Below, in pieces: positions 27,769-34,714 of a DNA stretch of 45,652 nt; position 1 is the stretch's first letter; every line of letters begins with the position of its first letter. Both the position numbers and the translations under genes were made by a program. Source of the DNA: a virus (taxonomy: Duplodnaviria > Caudoviricetes); IMG/VR virus record IMGVR_UViG_3300005325_000007, positions 1-45,652 of that record; one strand, 5' to 3'. Below the pieces are notes generated by a model. It was not told where the DNA came from. It did no database searches and saw only the letters and a list, made by a program, of their open reading frames with translations.

Positions 27769-29412
27769 ATGTATCTCGCAATTGACATCAGTTACTTTCA
27801 GGGGCCGAATCCGTCGACCCCTGCGATTGACTGGGGTGTGTTAAAAAACGCCACGTTCGATGGGAAGAAGGTTGAGGCGGTGGTGATGCGAGCTGGCCAG
27901 TATGAAGACGGTCGCCCGTCACCAGACTCAACGTTCGAAAGAAATTATGCAGAGTGTGCCAGAGTTGGTATCCATAAAGGCCCTTACTACTGCGTTGGGG
28001 CCAATACCATTGAGGGAATCCAGGAAGAAGCAAACTATTTCATTTCGCTGATTGCCGGAAAAGAATTTGACATGCCGGCTTATGTCGACATCGAGGGTGA
28101 CCCATGGCTTGCAGCTAATGCCAATCAGATCATTGATATCTTCAAGGCGACGCTCAAGGCCAACGGTTGGCGGGGTGGTGTTTATGCGAATAACAATTAC
28201 TTCAAGAATTATATCAACTACCACAATTACGCCGATGATCCCTTGTGGGCCGCCCAATACTACGGATCGTCAATCGATTTGCCAAACCCGGAGCTGTTCG
28301 GCATGTGGCAAAAAACAGACAGTGGCATTATTGATGGGATCAGCCATACAGTGGATATTAACGAATTGTATATTCCGTACTGGGAGATACAGCAGCATGA
28401 AGCGTGCCTGGTAACAGAAGCGGCATTCGATATCATCCACCCGCCAGATAATTCCACGCCTACATTGGACATTGGCGTGGAGTACGAGGTATATATCCCG
28501 GGGTACGGCTGGACACCGACTTCCAGAAATGGTTTCTTGTCCGGGTCCATCGGATTTTCTAAGCAACTGGAATTAGTTCGGATCAGACTAACTAATGTAA
28601 ATGGCAGGGATATTCATATTCACTATAATGTCCATGTCCAGGATGCGGGATGGACTGGATTTGTCGCAGATGGAGCAGAAGCGGGAGCGCCCGGAAAGCG
28701 GATCGAGGGAATTCAGATTCAATTAACTGGGGCTGATGCGCCAGATTACTCAGTCGAGTTCCGAAGTCACTCGCAAAATGTCGGGACCATGGACTGGGCA
28801 AAGGACGGGGAATTATCAGGGACCGAAGGGGCTTGCCTGAGGTTGGAAGCACTGGCCGTCCTGATCGTGCCGAAAGGCGTTGACCTGGGGCTGGATGGCA
28901 TCGAGTCGTTTAAGAAGTTCGACCCGGTGAAAACCGTCGAAGAATTGCCAGCAACCCCAGCGCCGGCCCCTGATTCGATTTTTGGTAAATATTTTGTCAA
29001 AGAGGAATTCATGGACGATTGCGGGTTTGCTGATCATAACGGCTATGATATTGCCAATCCGTGCGATGGGTACCCAGTTACCCAGTATGGCAAAGAAGCG
29101 AACCTTAACCCGAGATTTTACCCGATTCTCAATGCTTTCCGGGAGCGGGTGGATTTGCCAGTTGTGATTACCTGCGGGGCCCGGTGTCCTTCCGACAATG
29201 AAGCGGTTGGTGGGGTTTGGAATTCTACCCATTTGGTTGGCGACGCCGTGGACATGCGTGTGGTCGATATGGATATCGTCGATGCTGCATGGATTATGTG
29301 GAATGAATTTGGCGTACCGGTCCGGGTTTATCCGGAAAGCGGGTTTATGCATATCGAACTGAACACCTCCCTTCAGGGAGTTTATAACCAGGAAGGGTAT
29401 TATTTCATGTAG
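27769..29412 (+). CDS. Endolysin: GH25 muramidase + ChW repeats + C-terminal peptidase M15
   Basis: IDISYFQG..YVDIE..WAAQY..MWQ.T (GH25); HVQDAGW and HSQNVG..GELSGTEG..LRLEA (ChW); RCP..N..VGG..S.H..GDAVD..FMHIE (M15). Confidence 0.85.
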   Translation: MYLAIDISYFQGPNPSTPAIDWGVLKNATFDGKKVEAVVMRAGQYEDGRPSPDSTFERNYAECARVGIHKGPYYCVGANTIEGIQEEANYFISLIAGKEFDMPAYVDIEGDPWLAANANQIIDIFKATLKANGWRGGVYANNNYFKNYINYHNYADDPLWAAQYYGSSIDLPNPELFGMWQKTDSGIIDGISHTVDINELYIPYWEIQQHEACLVTEAAFDIIHPPDNSTPTLDIGVEYEVYIPGYGWTPTSRNGFLSGSIGFSKQLELVRIRLTNVNGRDIHIHYNVHVQDAGWTGFVADGAEAGAPGKRIEGIQIQLTGADAPDYSVEFRSHSQNVGTMDWAKDGELSGTEGACLRLEALAVLIVPKGVDLGLDGIESFKKFDPVKTVEELPATPAPAPDSIFGKYFVKEEFMDDCGFADHNGYDIANPCDGYPVTQYGKEANLNPRFYPILNAFRERVDLPVVITCGARCPSDNEAVGGVWNSTHLVGDAVDMRVVDMDIVDAAWIMWNEFGVPVRVYPESGFMHIELNTSLQGVYNQEGYYFM

Positions 29413-29421
29413 GATTTCACT

Positions 29422-29447
29422 GGCCACCTTCGGGTGGTCTTTTTTTA
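29422..29447 (+). terminator. Terminator of the late/lysis operon
   Basis: GGCCACC-TTCG-GGTGGTC followed by a T tract. Confidence 0.8.
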
Positions 29448-29455
29448 TTGCAAAG

Positions 29456-29477
29456 AAAAAGCCCCGATCAAGGGGCC
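29456..29477 (-). terminator. Terminator after the HTH gene
   Basis: GCCCC..GGGGC stem preceded by AAAAA on the + strand (U tract on -). Confidence 0.6.
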
Positions 29478-29674
29478 TATTTGATAAATTCCCGAAGGTC
29501 ATCCACCCCCAGTGCGTCGGCCAGGGCGACAGCGATTCGCAAACTGACGCTCCCAATCTCAGGTTGATTAACTTCGTATTTCTGAATCTGACGAATATTG
29601 ACACCGGCTTTTTCTGCCAGTTCGCGCTGGGTCATCCCGGTAGTGGTGCGCAGCTGCTTAATTTTGTTTTCCAT
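29477..29674 (-). CDS. XRE/Cro-type HTH protein (65 aa), Aca-like candidate
   Basis: AGGAAGGAG RBS; MENKIKQLRTTTGMTQRELAEKAGVNIRQIQKYE. Confidence 0.85.
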   Translation of the reverse strand: MENKIKQLRTTTGMTQRELAEKAGVNIRQIQKYEVNQPEIGSVSLRIAVALADALGVDDLREFIK

Positions 29675-29675
29675 A

Positions 29676-29704
29676 TTTACATCTCCTTCCTGAGGTGCTA
29701 TAAT
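29676..29704 (+). promoter_or_regulatory. SigA-type promoter of the mini-array
   Basis: TTTACA (29676-29681), 17 bp, TATAAT (29699-29704), with extended -10 TG. Confidence 0.75.
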
Positions 29705-29706
29705 AA

Positions 29707-29854
29707 TTGCAACCACAACACATGGTGTTTTTAAATTATGTTATTAGATGGTAAACAATCATCGAATAGTATAAGCCGAACCTTAACATGTGATGTTTTT
29801 AAATTGTGTTATTAGGATGTAACAATAATCGCATAATTTAAGCCGAACCGTAAC
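29707..29854 (+). CRISPR. Cas-less type I-B-like mini-array: degenerate repeat, spacer, full repeat, spacer, partial repeat
   Basis: R2 (29775-29804) GCCGAACCTTAACATGTGATGTTTTTAAAT; R1 (29707-29736) matches R2 at 21/30 including the last 11 nt; R3 (29842-29854) matches the R2 5' end at 12/13; spacers of 38 and 37 nt. R2 is 26/30 identical to the clostridial I-B repeat GTTGAACCTTAACATGAGATGTATTTAAAT as recalled from memory. Confidence 0.75.
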
Positions 29855-29866
29855 CCGAGGGGTGGG

Positions 29867-29901
29867 AAGGAGTTGTTTGCGCAACTCCTTTTTTATTTTT
29901 T
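29867..29901 (+). terminator. Terminator of the mini-array transcript
   Basis: AAGGAGTTG-TTTGCG-CAACTCCTT followed by a long T tract on the + strand only. Confidence 0.8.
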
Positions 29902-30255
29902 ATTTCTTAAAATATTTTCTTTTTTTATTTCCCAGTCGCATCCGTCTTTCAAGCAGATTAAAAATTCTTGTAACATTTCATTCCGGTCGATGTCTAAAAA
30001 AGCATCTTTTATATATGTTTTTCCATCTTCGCCAGGGTATTCGTTACCCTGTTTGTGTAAATTGATAATTACCTTTTTACTATATACACTTTCCATCATC
30101 CCCATATGCCCTGTTATGTTCTCAAAAATCGTTTTTCCTTTTTTGGTCATTTCACAAATTTTAAAATGCCCATTTGGTGCAAGAATTTTATTTTCGATTG
30201 TAATTGTTCCGGAAGTTCCATCTTTATAGTAGATTTTAAAAGTTTCAGTTTTCAT
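29893..30255 (-). CDS. Hypothetical 120-aa protein, anti-CRISPR candidate by context
   Basis: AAGGAG RBS; own near-consensus promoter; AT-rich; no recognised motif. Confidence 0.75.
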   Translation of the reverse strand: MKTETFKIYYKDGTSGTITIENKILAPNGHFKICEMTKKGKTIFENITGHMGMMESVYSKKVIINLHKQGNEYPGEDGKTYIKDAFLDIDRNEMLQEFLICLKDGCDWEIKKENILRNKK

Positions 30256-30299
30256 TTTCGTTCTCCTTCGGTTTTTTATTTGTTTGTTTCTATAGTTCT

Positions 30300-30328
30300 A
30301 TTATACGCCTTATAAGGCGTAAAGTCAA
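30300..30328 (-). promoter_or_regulatory. SigA promoter with an 18-bp perfect palindromic operator
   Basis: TTGACT, 17 bp, TATAAT on the - strand; TACGCCTTATAAGGCGTA at 30304-30321. Confidence 0.85.
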
Positions 30329-30358
30329 GAGGTTTATCGAAAGTGTTTATCTTTTTTA

Positions 30359-30400
30359 TTGACCTAAAGTTAGAACGGGTGTACTATAAAACAAACGTTC
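30359..30400 (+). promoter_or_regulatory. Promoter with two LexA (Cheo)-like boxes
   Basis: TTGACC, 17 bp, TACTAT; GAAC-GGGT-GTAC (30373-30384) and AAAC-AAAC-GTTC (30389-30400) versus consensus GAAC-N4-GTTC. Confidence 0.6.
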
Positions 30401-30414
30401 TCTGAGGTGATAAA

Positions 30415-30657
30415 ATGAAAGTAGTAAAGAAATTCGTTGAAGTGGTCGCAAAGTTTGACGAAGACGGAATAACCCCGCTATCGATCCAGTGGCCTGATGG
30501 CCGGGTCTTTGATATAGACCGTATTCTAGATGTTCGGCCGGCGGCATCGATACCCGCTGGAGGATTTGGGATAAGGTATACTTGCAAGGTAGGTGGGAAA
30601 GAAAGGTTGCTGTTTTATGAAGAGCCACGCTGGTTTGTAGAAGCAAAAATAAATTAA
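30415..30657 (+). CDS. Small protein resembling the partner of Y-family DNA polymerases in Firmicutes SOS cassettes
   Basis: VEVVAKFDEDG..P..I.W.DGR.F.IDRILDVRPAAS..AGG.G.RYTC pattern, recalled from genes following dinB/umuC homologues; GAGGTG RBS. Confidence 0.65.
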   Translation: MKVVKKFVEVVAKFDEDGITPLSIQWPDGRVFDIDRILDVRPAASIPAGGFGIRYTCKVGGKERLLFYEEPRWFVEAKIN

Positions 30658-30722
30658 TTTTTATTTTCCGATATCAAAATTTTGTAGTATAATTTTGGTA
30701 ACTATCAAGCGGAGGTAGCCAC

Positions 30723-30914
30723 GTGAAACCAAAATACAAAGTCGGGGATACTGTTATTGTTAATGGGTTCGAATCAGAGATGAGTATTTTTGAAATCATT
30801 AAGCCGTTTTGGCGCGATGATGATTTCGGTTATTTGGCGGAGGATCGGCCAAACGGGAAGATCGGCTTCTACTTGGCGGAGTGTGATATCATTGAAAAAA
30901 GCCCAGGTGTTTAG
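30723..30914 (+). CDS. Hypothetical protein (KYKVGDTV N-terminus)
   Basis: GGAGGT RBS; TATAAT upstream at ~30688; GCCCAGG..CCTGGGC hairpin at its end. Confidence 0.65.
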   Translation: MKPKYKVGDTVIVNGFESEMSIFEIIKPFWRDDDFGYLAEDRPNGKIGFYLAECDIIEKSPGV

Positions 30915-30924
30915 CCTGGGCCTG

Positions 30925-31128
30925 TTACCTATAACTTTACCTATTATTATCGATTTTAAAGTGTTTTAAATTATATCTTGTAAAAAATACATAACTATTT
31001 AAAACAATCTACCTTATTATATAGTACATAATGTTAAGCCGGGGGTCGCGGGTTCGAATCCCGTCTTCCGCTCCATACCTCACTTTTTAACATCCGGCTT
31101 AACATTTTACCTACAACTTTACCTATTA
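30925..31128 (+). mobile_element. attP-like site: tRNA-Gly 3' half core with arm-type repeats
   Basis: 31041-31075 GGGGGTCGCGGGTTCGAATCCCGTCTTCCGCTCCA is the T-arm and acceptor 3' end with CCA of a Bacillota tRNA-Gly(GCC); direct repeats TTACCTAYAACTTTACCTATTA at 30925-30946 and 31107-31128; adjacent to the integrase stop. Confidence 0.85.
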
Positions 31129-32292
31129 AATAATATCATAGAGACTGTCTATCACTGAGACAGTCTCTTTTTTCATGCTGTCCATTACGTGGGTATAAGT
31201 CTCCATGGTCGTACTTAAATCGCTATGGCCTAATAATTTTTGCATCACTTTTGGTTCCTGCCCCAGCTCAAACAATCGGGTTGCATATGTGTGCCTGAGA
31301 TCGTGGAAACGCTTTTCTTTGTCAATCCCGCAAAGTGCAAATTGTTCTCTTAGTTTTCGAGTAACATAGGTCCGATCCAGAAAACCGCCGATCTGGTTGG
31401 AAAAGGCCAGAGTGTTTTCATCCTGGCTAATGCCGCATCTGAGTAGCGTTTCAGCCTGGCTGACTTTATAGGCTTTCAATATCCCCCCGGTCCGCTTTGG
31501 GATGTTCAATTTTCGGATGCTGTTCATCGACTTAGGCGGCCCCACTAGATCCTCATATTTTAGTGTTTCGATATTTTTGACTCTTTTATATGTTTTGTAA
31601 ATATCGATTGTATTCTCATCGAAATCAATATCCTTCCAGGTTAAAGCAAAAGATTCGCCTTGTCGGAGTCCCATATCGATAGACACCAGGTACAGCGCTT
31701 CAAAGTGGTGCCCCTGGATCTGCCTCACGAACCGCAACTGTTCTTCCTTTGTCATTGGGCGGACATCAGACTGTTTTATCTTTACTAGCTGTTCTGTGGC
31801 TGTTGGCTTTGGAAGGATAACTGCTTTGGAAAAGTCTCTTATAGTATATCCGTTGTTGTACATATACCGCATAAATGGCGATATTAATTTATGAACTGTC
31901 CTGATGGTGTCAACAGTTCTTTTGTCCGCTATGAGCTCTTTGTAGGCTTCTTGAATGGTCATAGAATCCATGGCGGCTATCTTTGCATCCCACAATTTAG
32001 TTTTCTTAATGTGATTCTCCATCGTCCCGTGGTACCTGTCGATTGATCCAGGCTTCTTATCAACGATACAGACATTGTAAAACCACATGGTGAATGCATC
32101 ACCAAATGTTTTGACGTTGCGGAGAATCCCGGATTGCAGCTGATCTTCAACCGCTTTAATTTTGTCCTTCAGTTCCTGTTCCGTCTTTCCATAGATGTAC
32201 TTGTAACCGGTCTGAAACTTTTCACTGTAAAGTTTATGAAAAAAATAATCTGTGCCGTTGATATTTTTTTTCTTATACTTTGATCTTGCCAT
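31126..32292 (-). CDS. int: Tyrosine integrase
   Basis: GLRQGE (R), PPKS (K), FHDLRHTYAT, LLGHS and TMETYTH. Confidence 0.95.
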   Translation of the reverse strand: MARSKYKKKNINGTDYFFHKLYSEKFQTGYKYIYGKTEQELKDKIKAVEDQLQSGILRNVKTFGDAFTMWFYNVCIVDKKPGSIDRYHGTMENHIKKTKLWDAKIAAMDSMTIQEAYKELIADKRTVDTIRTVHKLISPFMRYMYNNGYTIRDFSKAVILPKPTATEQLVKIKQSDVRPMTKEEQLRFVRQIQGHHFEALYLVSIDMGLRQGESFALTWKDIDFDENTIDIYKTYKRVKNIETLKYEDLVGPPKSMNSIRKLNIPKRTGGILKAYKVSQAETLLRCGISQDENTLAFSNQIGGFLDRTYVTRKLREQFALCGIDKEKRFHDLRHTYATRLFELGQEPKVMQKLLGHSDLSTTMETYTHVMDSMKKETVSVIDSLYDII

Positions 32293-32332
32293 TTTTAAAC
32301 CTCCTAATTTCGGACATAAAAATGCCCGGTAG

Positions 32333-32440
32333 TTGTAAAACTCCGGGATATAAAGTATAATATTAATGCGTGTATACTGTGGTTATATCCCGGTATATGT
32401 AAAGCCGTTTTGCTCTGGCAGGAGCAAGGCGGTTTTTTTT
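32333..32440 (+). ncRNA. Putative ~70-nt antisense RNA to the int leader (promoter plus terminator)
   Basis: TTGTAA, 17 bp, TATAAT (32333-32361); hairpin GCCG..TTGCTC..GAGCAA..GCGG and T tract at 32403-32440; no ORF. Confidence 0.55.
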
Positions 32441-32441
32441 A

Positions 32442-33212
32442 TTAAATTCCTAGTAACAGTTTCTTCTTAATTTGGAATTCTTCCTCTGTTATAATTCCCT
32501 CATTGGCTAACATCCTGAATTTTCTGATTTCGTCAGCCTCGCTGTATATCTCGCCAGCGGGGGTGCTAGCAAGATCGGTCTTGTTTGACAAAACATAGTC
32601 TAATACGGCTGTTACCTCGCGCTTGTTATTTCTTGCGCGAATGTGTTCAGGTGAGTTCACCTTGTTTTCTCTGACAAGAATCGGTATTTCTATGAGGTTT
32701 CTATTTAATACGCTGGTTGATAAGGCGACCGTAATATTAGATATAAAACTTTTTCCTTTTTTCTTTCCTACATTACTGCCTACTATCGCCCCTGCCGCAC
32801 CGAATAAAACACCTCCAGCAACCGCCGCACCGAGTCCACCACTTGTTTCAGTTAATCCACCGTTCTCATAAACTTCATAACCTATTAATTCATCGAATAA
32901 AAAAACAAAGGTCGATCTTTTTATAAGTAGATAATTAACGATAAACATTTTATTGTCGGAGTCAATGCTAATGCTGAAAATCTGTTGCCCAGTTGGTTTT
33001 ACCAACTTCGTTTCAGTAAAAATAGCTTGGCGATCAGCGTTTTCATTTCGGCTAAGAACTAATTCTTTTATTTCGTTAACGGTCAGACTTTGAACGAGTC
33101 TTGGAGTTACTGTGCCAATGCTCTTTACGCAATTAGTACAGATATAGCCATCTCTCAACTTCACCCTATCTAACATGTTAATTTCGGTTTGATTGCAACA
33201 ATTACACAACAT
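32442..33212 (-). CDS. Zn-finger + membrane glycine-rich segment + SHOCT domain protein
   Basis: CNCC..KLRDGYICTNC; GLGAAVAGGVLFGAAGAIVG; C-terminal ADEIRKFRMLANEGIITEEEFQIKKKLLL. Confidence 0.8.
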   Translation of the reverse strand: MLCNCCNQTEINMLDRVKLRDGYICTNCVKSIGTVTPRLVQSLTVNEIKELVLSRNENADRQAIFTETKLVKPTGQQIFSISIDSDNKMFIVNYLLIKRSTFVFLFDELIGYEVYENGGLTETSGGLGAAVAGGVLFGAAGAIVGSNVGKKKGKSFISNITVALSTSVLNRNLIEIPILVRENKVNSPEHIRARNNKREVTAVLDYVLSNKTDLASTPAGEIYSEADEIRKFRMLANEGIITEEEFQIKKKLLLGI

Positions 33213-33250
33213 AACAACTTACCTCCTGAATAAGATAAGTTTATTATACG

Positions 33251-33691
33251 TCAAATATTTTGATAACGAAACTTTAATTTAACTAAATTCTCAGTTAAAT
33301 TAAGGCAATCTGCAATCTGTGAACTGCATAAACCCTCGAATTCTTTAATATCTTCCCTGATAAGCATTTCTGCATTAAACCTATCTGCCTCGATTTCATA
33401 GACACTTGTTTTAATAAATGTTCTACTGTCTAAGTAAATTGTATTTGTTCTCTTGTGTAAGATTCCGTGTCCTAATTCATGCCCACAAATTATTTGTTGC
33501 TCTCTTTCGGAGCGGTCTTTATTAATATAGATAATATTATTCCTAAGTACATATTGATAAAACCCATTTGTACAATTGGGCAAATCACAAAACAAAACAC
33601 TGTAATCCAAACATTTACATAATTCGAAAGGATTGTTTGTTCCGTGCTTTTTAATTAATCGATTCACGATTTTTGGAATATCATCTCCCAT
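33251..33691 (-). CDS. ImmA/IrrE-family metallopeptidase (anti-repressor protease)
   Basis: GTNNPFEL; CGHELGHGILH (HExxH); EIEADRF; directly downstream of the repressor. Confidence 0.9.
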   Translation of the reverse strand: MGDDIPKIVNRLIKKHGTNNPFELCKCLDYSVLFCDLPNCTNGFYQYVLRNNIIYINKDRSEREQQIICGHELGHGILHKRTNTIYLDSRTFIKTSVYEIEADRFNAEMLIREDIKEFEGLCSSQIADCLNLTENLVKLKFRYQNI

Positions 33692-33695
33692 ATAG

Positions 33696-34112
33696 TCACT
33701 TCCTATATTTTTTCGGTGTGTATTTATCCTTATTCTTTTTCTTTGCCATTTCCAAACCAATCTGCATTGCATCTAATATCTGCTGTATATCTTCGTCTGT
33801 TGCAGGCCTCCCATCAAACATTAATCCCTCACTGGTTAATAATTGCTCTCTTGCATCGTCTAATACTTTTTCAATATCACGGTGGTCTCGTCGGTTGAGA
33901 TTTGGTGGAGAACTGGGATTACCCCCTACTCCCATTAAACATTCAAGTGTCACCCCGAAATAATCAGCAATTTTCTGAAGTTTATCTTGCTTCGGAGTGT
34001 ATTTGCCGGTCTTCCAGTTAGAAAGAGTTGCGGTCCCAATTCCAGTATCTTTGGCAACCTTATAAGCTGATATGCCACGCTCTTCTAACAATTTTTCGAA
34101 ATTTTCGTACAT
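33696..34112 (-). CDS. CI/ImmR-like repressor
   Basis: XRE HTH (AYKVAKDTGIGTATLSNWK..KIADYFGVT); C-terminal GLMFDG..NK.KYTPKKYRK typical of ImmA-paired repressors. Confidence 0.88.
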   Translation of the reverse strand: MYENFEKLLEERGISAYKVAKDTGIGTATLSNWKTGKYTPKQDKLQKIADYFGVTLECLMGVGGNPSSPPNLNRRDHRDIEKVLDDAREQLLTSEGLMFDGRPATDEDIQQILDAMQIGLEMAKKKNKDKYTPKKYRK

Positions 34113-34131
34113 AGTTTCCTCTCTTTAAAAA

Positions 34132-34291
34132 TAACTTAGAAAAATAAGTTAAATATTATTGACACACTTAGAAAGCTATGCTATAGTATGGTTATAGCTT
34201 AGTTAACTAAGCTACTCACACAAGAATAGCTTTGATTTCTTTATAACTTAGTTGACGCTTTTATTATATGAGAAATCTTAGCTATTGTCAA
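34132..34291. promoter_or_regulatory. Lysis-lysogeny switch: face-to-face promoters and 20-bp operators
   Basis: + strand TTGACA-17-TATAGT at 34159-34187; - strand TTGACA-17-TATAAT at 34291-34263; perfect palindrome TAGCTTAGTTAACTAAGCTA at 34195-34214 with variants at 34132-34151, 34164-34183 and ~34265-34284. Confidence 0.8.
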
Positions 34292-34330
34292 TAGCAATAC
34301 ATATTTATTTAAAGAAAGGAGGTTTTATTT

Positions 34331-34528
34331 TTGTACAAAGAATATGCACGCCTAAGAGATGCGCGCGGAATAACAGATTATAAAGTTGCAAAAGATACCG
34401 GCATTTCAACTGCTACTTTATCAAATTGGAAAAACGGAGCTTACAGACCGAAAGTGGATAAATTAGTGATTCTTGCAGATTACTTTAACATTCAAGTTGA
34501 GGACTTAATTAAAAGCGAAAACTTATAA
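34331..34528 (+). CDS. Cro-like HTH protein
   Basis: AGGAGG RBS then TTG; HTH nearly identical to the repressor HTH. Confidence 0.88.
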   Translation: MYKEYARLRDARGITDYKVAKDTGISTATLSNWKNGAYRPKVDKLVILADYFNIQVEDLIKSENL

Positions 34529-34561
34529 GTTCGATAAAGCGAACCAGAAAGGAGCAAACAT

Positions 34562-34714
34562 TTGAACGAACAAGAACAAAAACTACACCTAAAAATCGAT
34601 CAAACAAAGTTAAAAGAACTTCAAGAAAAATTGAGTCGGGCAGCAGAACTTACCGAGGAATTGGATGCTGTGCTCGACTCAATAAAAAACTTTGAAGGGT
34701 TATTTAAAGCCTAA
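34562..34714 (+). CDS. Small coiled-coil protein (50 aa)
   Basis: AAGGAG RBS then TTG; read manually. Confidence 0.55.
   Translation: MNEQEQKLHLKIDQTKLKELQEKLSRAAELTEELDAVLDSIKNFEGLFKA

Noticed and set aside
28816-29604. 262-aa minus-strand ORF
   Set aside because: Antisense shadow of the endolysin that crosses two terminators; no RBS or motif.
29738-29793. Short peptide ORF (MLLDGKQ...) in spacer 1, as in a type I toxin
   Set aside because: No Shine-Dalgarno sequence, not hydrophobic, and the frame is not preserved in the paralogous second unit.
29862-30229. + strand ORFs of 67 and 118 aa downstream of the mini-array
   Set aside because: They start within or across the terminator and are antisense to the 120-aa gene, which has a clear promoter and RBS.
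31041-31075. Functional tRNA gene
   Set aside because: Only the 3' half is present; there is no 5' acceptor strand, D-arm or anticodon arm.
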